Source of the DNA: a virus
Taxonomy: Duplodnaviria > Caudoviricetes
IMG/VR virus record: IMGVR_UViG_3300037631_001479
Coordinates: 1-24,813 of that record
Strand: one strand, 5' to 3'
Length of the DNA: 24,813 nucleotides
Below, in pieces: positions 1-8,393 of this stretch. How positions within the stretch are numbered: position 1 is the first letter of the stretch; every line of letters starts with the position of its first letter. A program made the position numbers and the translations under genes. Below the pieces are notes generated by a model. It was given only the letters and a program-made list of their open reading frames with translations, had not been told where the DNA came from and did no database searches.

Positions 1-1
1 C

Positions 2-157
2 TTCCAGACGCACATTTTGGCGGGCGATGAGATTACTGCGGGCGTACCAACATTGCCTGTCAGGTTCCTGTGGGATTATCAGGAGCCAGTAGACAAGACA
101 TGGACAGAAGTTTCTGATATAACAGACATATGGACGGTCGTGCAGGACGCGGCGTAA
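2..157 (+). CDS. 3' end of an upstream virion/tail-region protein (partial, runs off the window start)
   Basis: Frame is open from base 2 (FQTHILAGDE...DKTWTEVSDITDIWTVVQDAA) to TAA 155-157, directly before the AAGGAG RBS of the next gene. Not in the ORF track. Confidence 0.7.
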   Translation, partial: FQTHILAGDEITAGVPTLPVRFLWDYQEPVDKTWTEVSDITDIWTVVQDAA

Positions 158-168
158 AGGAGATTTAG

Positions 169-993
169 ATGGCTATAACCATTACAAAGCCACAGCTAGG
201 CGGTTCAGAAAACCAGTGGGGTTCTATTCTGAATGATGCTTTGGATGAGATTGTTTTAGAGATAAACAGCAATGCTGACGGTACAAACACAGTCACACCT
301 AATCTTGGGTCGGGTTGGGAAGTTGGTGGCGTAGCAGTTACGTCAACTGCGGCAGAGCTAAACATCTTAGACGGAGATACAACAGCAACATCTACAGTAA
401 TTGCTGATGCTGACCGCGTTGTATTCAATGACGCAGGCACGATGAAGCAAGTCGCCATGAGCGATCTTAAAACATACATCAATGCCTCTGTGGGTTCTGG
501 TTCGGTGACAAGCGTTGCAATGTCAGTTCCAACGGGCCTGTCAATCAGTGGATCACCAATCACAACGTCAGGCACTTTAGCCGTCAGTTTGGCTAGTGGC
601 TATGTAATTCCACAGTCGTCACAAATTCCATCAACATCCGATATAAGCAACTGGAATACGGCGTATGGCTGGGGAAATCACGCTTCTGCGGGTTATCTGA
701 CATCTGTACCAACAACAAATCTGTTTGGCGTTTCTCAATCATGGCAATCAACAAGCATAAGCACCCAGACTTGGTATCAAAACTCTAGTTCTAAGGCTCA
801 GATGTGGTCAATCAACCAAAACCCAGGTGGTAGCACGGTGCGCATAGGATCAAGCACTAGCAACTATGTTACTATTAATCAGAATGATGGTGACAGCGGT
901 GAGAGAGTCCCCAATATATTTATAGTCCCACCAAGCCATTACTTTTATCTCAACAGTAGTTCTACCATTTTATACCAACATAAAATGGCTTAA
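169..993 (+). CDS. Tail fibre / receptor-binding protein
   Basis: AAGGAG RBS; Ser/Thr/Gly-rich; recurrent phage fibre motifs STAAELNILDG, GSVTSVAMSVPTGLSISGSPITTSGTLAV and NWNTAYGWGNHASAGYL; followed by a fibre chaperone. Confidence 0.75.
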   Translation: MAITITKPQLGGSENQWGSILNDALDEIVLEINSNADGTNTVTPNLGSGWEVGGVAVTSTAAELNILDGDTTATSTVIADADRVVFNDAGTMKQVAMSDLKTYINASVGSGSVTSVAMSVPTGLSISGSPITTSGTLAVSLASGYVIPQSSQIPSTSDISNWNTAYGWGNHASAGYLTSVPTTNLFGVSQSWQSTSISTQTWYQNSSSKAQMWSINQNPGGSTVRIGSSTSNYVTINQNDGDSGERVPNIFIVPPSHYFYLNSSSTILYQHKMA

Positions 994-1011
994 ACGACAG
1001 GATAAGTTAAT

Positions 1012-1383
1012 ATGCCTTTAAGATATATAATAGACGCAGCTAATGAATACATTGTGCAAGACAGTGGCAATGATCCTATGCCAGACTTACCAGAGGGTGC
1101 AGTTGAAGTAGATGCGCGTCCATCACCATACCATGATCGTGTAGGTGACGTATGGGTTGAGAATACTGCGCGAAAAACAGAGGCTCTTTCACAGAATGCA
1201 CGCGCACAGCGTGATAATAAGCTGACACGCGAAATAGACCCAATCGTCACCAACCCATTACGCTGGGCAGACTTAACGACTGAAAAACAAAACGAGTGGA
1301 CACAGTACCGCACTGATTTGCTCAACGTCCCACAGCAAGCAGGCTTTCCAAACACCATCAACTGGCCCACTAAACCAGAGTAA
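1012..1383 (+). CDS. Tail fibre assembly chaperone
   Basis: C-terminal signature R.QRD.KL...W.QYRTDLLNVPQQAGFPNTINWPTKP typical of phage tail assembly chaperones; follows the fibre gene. Confidence 0.85.
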   Translation: MPLRYIIDAANEYIVQDSGNDPMPDLPEGAVEVDARPSPYHDRVGDVWVENTARKTEALSQNARAQRDNKLTREIDPIVTNPLRWADLTTEKQNEWTQYRTDLLNVPQQAGFPNTINWPTKPE

Positions 1384-1388
1384 CGCGC

Positions 1389-3215
1389 ATGGCTCTCATA
1401 CCGCTTAAAATCCCCGCAGGCTTCTACCGCACAGGTACGGAGCTAGACGCTTCTGGTCGTTGGCGTGATGGCTCACTTGTTCGCTGGCGTGACGGGTCAC
1501 TGCGCCCTATCGGCGGTTGGCGTATAAATGAAAACATTGCAAGGATTACCGAAAATGCGCCGCGCGGTATGCATACTTGGGAAGATGACAGTGCTTCACG
1601 GTATATTGCAGCAGGTTCCTACAACGAATTAATTGCCGTAATTTCTAGTGGCACTGAATATGACATTACGCCTGCTGACTTAGCAGTGGGCAATGAAGAT
1701 GCCGCAATCCGCTTGGGATATGGCGATGGGTTTTACAACACAGGAGCCTACAATACTCCGCGTCCAGATACAGGGAATTTAGTTGAAGCAACAACGTGGT
1801 CTGTAGACAATTGGGGTAGCTATCTAGTAGCGTGTTCAACGCAAGATGGTAGATTGTTAGAATGGCAGTTAAATACAAGCCCATTGCAGCCCGCAGCGCC
1901 GATTGCAAATGCCCCTACTGGAAATAGTGCGCTTATCGTAACAGAGGAACGCTTTATCTTTGCGTTAGGAGCAAACAACAATCCGCGTAAGGTTCAATGG
2001 TGTGATCGCGAAAACAATACGCTGTGGTCGCCAGCGGCAACAAACGAAGCAGGTGACATAGAACTGCAAACCTCTGGTCGGATACAAACTGCAATTCGTA
2101 CACGCGGTCAAACGCTAATCATTACAGACGTTGATGCACACACAGCACGTTACATCGGCCCACCCTATGTATATGGCTTTGAGCGCGTTGGCACATCTTG
2201 TGGCATCATTTCACGCAAAGCAGCGGCAGACGTTGACATGGGTGTATTCTGGATGGGCAACGGTGGGTTCTATCGCTTTGACGGTAACTTGGTTTCCGAA
2301 ATACCGTGCGATGTCCATGATTATGTGTTTGATGACATGAATACTTCACAGAAAAGTAAAACGTGGGCATTTACCAATGGTCAGTTTGGAGAAATCTGGT
2401 GGTTTTATTGCTCATCTAACAGCACAGAAATAGACCGATATGTGGCGCTAGACTACAAAGAAAACCATTGGATCATTGGTGACTTGTCCAGAACTTCTGG
2501 CGCACCTCGTGGTGTTTTTGAATATCCAATGCTTATGGGTCAAGATGGCGCAATGTATGACCATGAGGTGGGCCTATCGTATGTAGATAAGCAAACGATC
2601 ACAGTTACAGTTGCAAATGATGGTTCGGGCAATGTGTTCTACATAGATGGTTCCGATGATGAAGATGCAAAGCCACAGATTACCTTAAAGCGTGGCTACA
2701 CATACATCTTTGACCAATCAGACAGCACCAACGCAAACCACCCGATTGCATTCCGCGAAAGCGACGACACCTCTTACACGGATGGCGTTACGACAACTGG
2801 CACGGCAGGCACAGACGGTAAAACGACATTTGTTGTGCCAAGCGATGCGCCTAGTGCGTTGAAATACTACTGCACTGTTCACGGTAACTCTATGGGGAAC
2901 AGCGTCACTGTCGTGAACGATACTGGCGTATTCGCAGAAAGCGGCCCGATCAGCATTGGCAACGGAGATAACATTATGCAGGTCACAGACTTGATACCTG
3001 ATGAAAAGACGCAGGGCGATGTAGATGTCATCTTCAAAAGCAGATATTACCCTAATGACACAGAGTACACGCACGGGCCATATACACCGTCTAGCCCAAC
3101 AGCGGTGCGCTTCTCAGGTCGCCAGATCAGAATGCGCGTGGAAGGTGACGCTCCATACGCAGCGTGGCGTGTTGGCACAATGCGGGTAGACGCAAAAGCG
3201 GGTGGGCGTAGGTAA
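1389..3215 (+). CDS. Tail hub/nozzle protein (P22 gp10-like packaged-DNA stabilisation protein) with an inserted cupredoxin-like domain
   Basis: 608 aa, beta-rich, propeller-like pattern (RGMHTW, RKVQWCDREN, CGIIS, VFWMG, EIWWFY); lies before the ejection genes; residues ~400-511 form a distinct domain with NHP...YYCTVHGNSMG. Confidence 0.7.
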   Translation: MALIPLKIPAGFYRTGTELDASGRWRDGSLVRWRDGSLRPIGGWRINENIARITENAPRGMHTWEDDSASRYIAAGSYNELIAVISSGTEYDITPADLAVGNEDAAIRLGYGDGFYNTGAYNTPRPDTGNLVEATTWSVDNWGSYLVACSTQDGRLLEWQLNTSPLQPAAPIANAPTGNSALIVTEERFIFALGANNNPRKVQWCDRENNTLWSPAATNEAGDIELQTSGRIQTAIRTRGQTLIITDVDAHTARYIGPPYVYGFERVGTSCGIISRKAAADVDMGVFWMGNGGFYRFDGNLVSEIPCDVHDYVFDDMNTSQKSKTWAFTNGQFGEIWWFYCSSNSTEIDRYVALDYKENHWIIGDLSRTSGAPRGVFEYPMLMGQDGAMYDHEVGLSYVDKQTITVTVANDGSGNVFYIDGSDDEDAKPQITLKRGYTYIFDQSDSTNANHPIAFRESDDTSYTDGVTTTGTAGTDGKTTFVVPSDAPSALKYYCTVHGNSMGNSVTVVNDTGVFAESGPISIGNGDNIMQVTDLIPDEKTQGDVDVIFKSRYYPNDTEYTHGPYTPSSPTAVRFSGRQIRMRVEGDAPYAAWRVGTMRVDAKAGGRR

Positions 3216-3874
3216 TGGCAGCACCCGTACTCCCACCGATTGGCGACAACGTAAAGGCTTGGGGCAATAACCTAACCGCATATCTGCGCAGGCAGCTTCC
3301 GCGTTTGTACTTTAAGACAGCAGACGACAACCCATCAGAGAACGGCGTTATCTTGTGGGATGACGAAGCGGGTTATCCCGTTGTCTCTAAGGGCGGTGAG
3401 TTTCGTCAGGTAATATTGGAGGGCGGTCACGCAACATTTATTCGCAGCACAGATGTTACGGCTGCGTCAGCGAATACTGCTTACTCAATTACTTACGATG
3501 CACCTAGCGGTAACTTCAAGATTGATCGTGATGCAACCAACAACGAGCGCATAGTGTTTGAGGAGGGTGGCGAGTATCTAATTAGCTTCACTGCTGAGAT
3601 TAGATCGTCCAGCGGTAGCGATGTTACGTTTTACTTTTGGCCTGCAATAAACGGCACAAATGTGACAGGTTCTACTATGGTCAACACCTTGCACCAAAAC
3701 GGTGCAAACTTAGTTGTGTCACGCGCTGCAATATTTGATGTAAACGACGATGATTACTTGGAAGTAAAGTGGGCTGTCAGTAATACGCACGGTAGTTTGA
3801 ACGCTACGGCTGCAACTTCATTCGCGCCTGCATCGCCTGCGTCAACGCTTGCGATTACGAGGATACATGCGTAG
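3215..3874 (+). CDS. Virion structural protein with a C-terminal beta-sandwich (C1q/BclA-CTD-like) domain
   Basis: TAATG coupling to the previous gene; IVFEEGGEYLISF and DDDYLEVKW patterns resemble C1q-like domains. Confidence 0.55.
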   Translation: MAAPVLPPIGDNVKAWGNNLTAYLRRQLPRLYFKTADDNPSENGVILWDDEAGYPVVSKGGEFRQVILEGGHATFIRSTDVTAASANTAYSITYDAPSGNFKIDRDATNNERIVFEEGGEYLISFTAEIRSSSGSDVTFYFWPAINGTNVTGSTMVNTLHQNGANLVVSRAAIFDVNDDDYLEVKWAVSNTHGSLNATAATSFAPASPASTLAITRIHA

Positions 3875-3876
3875 GG

Positions 3877-3905
3877 GTGTCAAGGAAAAGAAAATGTGCT
3901 ATAAA
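3877..3905 (+). promoter_or_regulatory. Putative sigma70-type promoter upstream of the ejection/head genes
   Basis: GTGTCA-17 bp-TATAAA with TGC before the -10 (GCTATA), in the only sizeable intergenic gap of the structural region. Confidence 0.45.
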
Positions 3906-3930
3906 GCATTAAGGATTTCGGAGTAAAACA

Positions 3931-4599
3931 ATGGGCGTTTTTGATTTTTTGTTTGGTAAGCCAGGCCAATCAGGGCAACTTGACCCAGAAACAAAACGAG
4001 CAAGGGACTTTTTACTAAACCAAATGCTGATGCAATACTCAGCAGGGCCAGTAAATGTTCCACAATACATGGCGGTTGCCCCACAAGCACAATATAGCGG
4101 CACAAATGCTTTGCTTAGTTCTTTGGGTTTAGAAGGCGTTGCGCCCCCTTCTATGCCTACAACGACAGTCGGCGGGATGGAAGTTTACACAAGCCAACCT
4201 TTCCAAGAGCAAATGGAAACCTCTTACGCAGAGCGTTATCCTGGTCAATACGATTATTTACGTTCGTTCTATATGGATCCAGTAACAGGTGAATTTGGTG
4301 AGCGTTCCTATGGTTACAACGATCCGATGGCTACGCAGCCTGTTGCACCAATTATCGGTGGCAGTGGTGGAGATGATGATGATCCGCTAGAACGCCATTA
4401 TTCTATATTCCCAGAAACGCGACCTAAAACTGGCCCTTATGCATCAAAAGTATCAAGCAAATTAGATACAAAAGGCCAGATCGGTAAATACTCAGGTTCT
4501 ATGGGCGGTCAATCAGTCTTTGATAAAATAAAATCTGACTTCAGTTATGCGGGTTCTAAAATCAAAAAAGACCTCGGCGGTCTGTTTGGAAAGGGTTAA
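3931..4599 (+). CDS. Putative internal virion / DNA ejection protein
   Basis: GGAG RBS; MGVFDFLFG N-terminus and Gly-rich ends; position in a podoviral ejection cluster. Confidence 0.5.
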   Translation: MGVFDFLFGKPGQSGQLDPETKRARDFLLNQMLMQYSAGPVNVPQYMAVAPQAQYSGTNALLSSLGLEGVAPPSMPTTTVGGMEVYTSQPFQEQMETSYAERYPGQYDYLRSFYMDPVTGEFGERSYGYNDPMATQPVAPIIGGSGGDDDDPLERHYSIFPETRPKTGPYASKVSSKLDTKGQIGKYSGSMGGQSVFDKIKSDFSYAGSKIKKDLGGLFGKG

Positions 4600-4602
4600 A
4601 TT

Positions 4603-5379
4603 ATGATTGGCTCAAACGTATTTGGACAAGCCCAACAATACCAAACAGAAGCTGGTGATGTTTACCGTAGAATGGCTGATTTCCAAGCCCCAACAGTTCA
4701 AGCGGTAGGTCAGACGCAAGCACCAACACTCGCGCAAACAGACATTTCACAGTATATGTCGCCTTACACTGAGCAAGTTATTCAGCGTGGTGAGGCAGAC
4801 ATTGCAAGGCAGCGTGAGCAAGCACTTAACGCTTTAGGGGCGCAAGCCACACGCGCGGGTGCATTTGGTGGTTCGCGTTTTGGCTTGGCTGAAGGTGAAA
4901 CATATGGTCAGTATGGACGCATGGCGGCAGACATGGCGGCACAACAGCGTCAGCAAGCATTCAATCAAGCAATGCAATCTGCGCAGTACGATGTAACGGC
5001 ACAGCGTTCAGCGGCAGAGCAAGCGGCGGCAAGAGAGCAGGCTGCTCGCATGGCTAATGTTCAATCAGCGTTTACTGGCTTGGGTTATCAGCAAAGTGGC
5101 GCAGCGGGTTTATCAGGTTTAGGTCAAACAATGTTTGGTCAGGGTCGTTATGGTTTAGAGCAACAGCAACGTGCAGCGGCACTTGCGCAACAGCAGCAAC
5201 AGCAGATGCTTGATGCGGCTCGTATGCAAACATTAGCTAACCTTGGTTATCCTGGTCAGGCACTACAAACAGGCACAGGCATTCTAGGCCAACTACCTAG
5301 CTCAGATATAAGAACATCAGGAACGCCAGGTTTGTTTGATATTCTATCGGGGATTGGTTCCATACCAGGGTTTGGCTAA
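4603..5379 (+). CDS. Putative DNA ejection (pilot) protein
   Basis: Gln/Ala/Gly-rich helical protein with YMSPYTEQVI and AGAFGGSRFG motifs common in podoviral ejection proteins. Confidence 0.65.
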   Translation: MIGSNVFGQAQQYQTEAGDVYRRMADFQAPTVQAVGQTQAPTLAQTDISQYMSPYTEQVIQRGEADIARQREQALNALGAQATRAGAFGGSRFGLAEGETYGQYGRMAADMAAQQRQQAFNQAMQSAQYDVTAQRSAAEQAAAREQAARMANVQSAFTGLGYQQSGAAGLSGLGQTMFGQGRYGLEQQQRAAALAQQQQQQMLDAARMQTLANLGYPGQALQTGTGILGQLPSSDIRTSGTPGLFDILSGIGSIPGFG

Positions 5380-6773
5380 TGGCAACATGGCAAGAAATAC
5401 AGCAGGGCATTTTCGCGGGTGAAAGCGGCGGTGATTACAATGCTTTGTTTGGCTATCAAAACAGACCAGGCGGCAAATTTGAGGGCGTTCAAGTTTCTGA
5501 AATGTCTATCGCTGATATTTTGGACTTTACCAATCCAAGCGGTGCGTATGGGCAATATGTTAAAAGCGCACGACCAGACCCAGAAATGGGTGTTGCTACG
5601 CCAGTGGGTGCATATCAAGTTGTTGGGACTACGCTACGCGATGCAGTGAAGGCATTGGACATTGATCCTAGCCAGAAGTTCAACAAAGCTACGCAAGATC
5701 GCATTGGTAAATATATTTTTGAGACGCAGGGCGCGAAAGCCTTTGCTGGATACAAGGGGCCGAAGATGGACGGACAGCAACCTACAGCACAGCAAATGCA
5801 GCAAATGCAACAAAAGCCAAGGGGCTTGATGGGTATTCTACGCGATCCCCGCACCCGTCAGGTTTTGTCATCATTTAGCCGCACAGAGTATGGTGAACGA
5901 CTTGGCGAAATCGCGAAGCAAGATTTTGCGCGTCAAGAGGAATTGGCTGATTTGACAAGAGCCGAGGAAAAAGAGCAGAAAACCGTAAATCGCACTATTC
6001 AGGTTTTGCAACAGAAAGCCAAAGAAGGGGATCAATTAGCGGCAATGGTCTTAGAGGGGCTGCAAAGCGGTGCAATAGACCCAAAAACAGCGATGTCATT
6101 ATATATGGGTAAAAGATTGGAAACACCAAAAACAGGTGAAACATTTACCACGATGACTGGTGCGCAATTAAACGAACTGCAAGGAACAAATCTTGATCCA
6201 GGTAAGTTATATAATGTTTCCTCTACTGGTAAAGTTACACAAGTAGGTGGCGGTGGTGTCACAATTGAAGGTGATAAAGGCGTTGATAAGTTTGCGGAGT
6301 TAGACGCTAAGACCTTATCAGAAACATTTTCTAGTGGCGTAACTGCCGTCAGCAACTTAAACAAAATCAATCGTTTAGATGCACTGTTGCAGAATGTAGA
6401 AACTGGAAGCATGGCTGCATTAAAAGGCGTAATGGGCAATTTGGGAATAGAAACAGAAGGATTGGGCGACATTCAGGCGGCACAAGCGTTAATAAATGCA
6501 ATGGTTCCAGCGCAACGGCCAGCGGGTTCAGGGCCAATGTCGGACGCAGATTTAGAATTATTTAAGCAATCCTTGCCACGTTTGATAAACCAACCGCGCG
6601 GTAATGAAATCATCATAGCAACATTGCGGGGTATAGCCCAATACGATGCGATGGGTGCTGATATTGTTCAGCGTTATAGAAACGAAGAAATAACAAAGGG
6701 ACAGGCTTTTCAAGAGCTTATGTCACGACCTGATCCGTTCGGGGCAACAGCTAACCCATCAAGTTATTTTTAG
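5379..6773 (+). CDS. Ejection protein with N-terminal lysozyme-like (muramidase/transglycosylase) domain
   Basis: GESGGDYNALFG (candidate catalytic Glu), TPVGAYQVVGTTLR and F..ATQD pattern of lambda-lysozyme-like domains; helical C-terminus with GSGPMSDADL. Confidence 0.7.
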   Translation: MATWQEIQQGIFAGESGGDYNALFGYQNRPGGKFEGVQVSEMSIADILDFTNPSGAYGQYVKSARPDPEMGVATPVGAYQVVGTTLRDAVKALDIDPSQKFNKATQDRIGKYIFETQGAKAFAGYKGPKMDGQQPTAQQMQQMQQKPRGLMGILRDPRTRQVLSSFSRTEYGERLGEIAKQDFARQEELADLTRAEEKEQKTVNRTIQVLQQKAKEGDQLAAMVLEGLQSGAIDPKTAMSLYMGKRLETPKTGETFTTMTGAQLNELQGTNLDPGKLYNVSSTGKVTQVGGGGVTIEGDKGVDKFAELDAKTLSETFSSGVTAVSNLNKINRLDALLQNVETGSMAALKGVMGNLGIETEGLGDIQAAQALINAMVPAQRPAGSGPMSDADLELFKQSLPRLINQPRGNEIIIATLRGIAQYDAMGADIVQRYRNEEITKGQAFQELMSRPDPFGATANPSSYF

Positions 6774-6784
6774 GAGATCATAAT

Positions 6785-8383
6785 ATGGATTTTTCAAAAA
6801 TATCTGACGCAGACTTAGAAGCGGCAATAGAAAAGGCAGTTGCAGCAGAAGATTATATAAACGCTTTAGCTTTTCAGGATGAATTAGGAAAGAGAGCCGA
6901 AAAAACCTATAAAGAGGCGACTAAAACATCTGTAGGTGAGCAGGCTTTGACAGGTGTATATGAAGGCATTGCGCGTGGTCTTGGCGCACCTGTAGACATA
7001 CTTACTGCGGGTTACGAAGCTGCAACAGGTCGTGAAGTAGAAAAACCTGTTGGCGGTTCGCAAAGTTTGCGTGATTTATTTCAGCTTTTAAGTGGTGGCG
7101 AGGCTATGACAGATGTTGAGCCTCAAACAACTGCTCAAAGGGTTGTAAGGGGTGGCACAGAGGCAGTTGGTGAAGCGATACCAGCAGCAGCGACATTAGC
7201 TGTGGCAGGGCCAAAGGCAGCGGTAGCAGCGGCACCTACTCTATATCAAGGTGCTAAAGGTGCGTTAGCACAGGTGCGAACAGAAGCGGCAAAAGCCCCA
7301 GGTATGTTTGCAGGCACAGAAGCGGCAACAGCATTTACTGCGGGCCTTGCTGGTCGTGCGGTTGAGGAAGTATTGCCAGACAGCCCAACTGCTCAGTTTC
7401 TAGGAGAAATAATTGGTGCGATTGGTGGTGCAAAAACTGCGGGTATAGCAGATAGGTTAATTGCAAAAGCACCATCTGGCCCTCTGACTGCGGAACAAAT
7501 GAAACGTGAAGCTGGCAATTTATACGAATTGCAGAAAAAAGAAGGTTTATCAGCCCAACCCGCCGTGACCGAAAATATTTTTGGTCAGGTTTTCAAATAC
7601 TTGGATGAAGATGGATTTTTAGAACCTGTTCGGGGTAGCAACAAGGTTCGTATTGGTGCTGATTATGCAAAACTTCGCCCAATATATAATCTATTAGAAG
7701 CATACATGGACAAAGGCATGACTGCTGCAAACATTCAAACATTGCGCAGGTCAATATCAGGTCGCATGGATGATGCCAAAGGAAGTGAAAAAAGCGCATT
7801 GCGTAATGTTCTGCGTATTTTTGACGCAAATACGGCTGAACTTGCGCCTGAAATACAGGTGGCAAATGCTTTATACAGTAAGGCGATGAAAGCAGACCAA
7901 GTTGAAGAATTACTAGAGTTAGCAAAATCACGCGCAACTAGCAGCAACTTGGATATGGAAAACGCAATACGCACCGAATTTAGACCACTTCTGCGCCGTA
8001 TAATACAAGGCAAAGAGCGCGGTTGGACACAAGCAGAACGTGATCAAATTACTCAAATTGTTGAGGGCGGTTCTACTGAAAATATGTTGCGGTTCATTGG
8101 TAAGTTTGCGCCATCTGGTGTTGTGTCTTTAGGTGTTACGGCTGGTCTGCCTTATAGTATGGCTTACAGTGCAACGCGTGATCCAGCAATCGCAGCGGGT
8201 GCGGCTGGCGCAACGATGGCTGTGGGATTGGCTGGTAGAACAGCAGCAGCAAGACTTCAAAAGCAAAATGTTGATCGTCTATATCAAAGTATGATTCAGG
8301 GCAGAGATATGACACCAGCTTCACAGCAACGATTATATGCAGCATTAACAGCATATCTAGCTGGTCAGGCAACAACTCAATAA
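6785..8383 (+). CDS. Large DNA ejection / internal virion protein
   Basis: AGGAG RBS; 532 aa, Ala/Gly-rich and helical with hydrophobic segments; last gene of the cluster. Confidence 0.6.
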   Translation: MDFSKISDADLEAAIEKAVAAEDYINALAFQDELGKRAEKTYKEATKTSVGEQALTGVYEGIARGLGAPVDILTAGYEAATGREVEKPVGGSQSLRDLFQLLSGGEAMTDVEPQTTAQRVVRGGTEAVGEAIPAAATLAVAGPKAAVAAAPTLYQGAKGALAQVRTEAAKAPGMFAGTEAATAFTAGLAGRAVEEVLPDSPTAQFLGEIIGAIGGAKTAGIADRLIAKAPSGPLTAEQMKREAGNLYELQKKEGLSAQPAVTENIFGQVFKYLDEDGFLEPVRGSNKVRIGADYAKLRPIYNLLEAYMDKGMTAANIQTLRRSISGRMDDAKGSEKSALRNVLRIFDANTAELAPEIQVANALYSKAMKADQVEELLELAKSRATSSNLDMENAIRTEFRPLLRRIIQGKERGWTQAERDQITQIVEGGSTENMLRFIGKFAPSGVVSLGVTAGLPYSMAYSATRDPAIAAGAAGATMAVGLAGRTAAARLQKQNVDRLYQSMIQGRDMTPASQQRLYAALTAYLAGQATTQ

Positions 8384-8393
8384 GGAAACAGAT

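Noticed and set aside
4930-5230. CAG/CAA-rich low-complexity runs (also at 10170-10220 and 11320-11400)
   Set aside because: They are explained by Gln/Ala-rich coiled-coil coding sequence, not independent DNA repeats.
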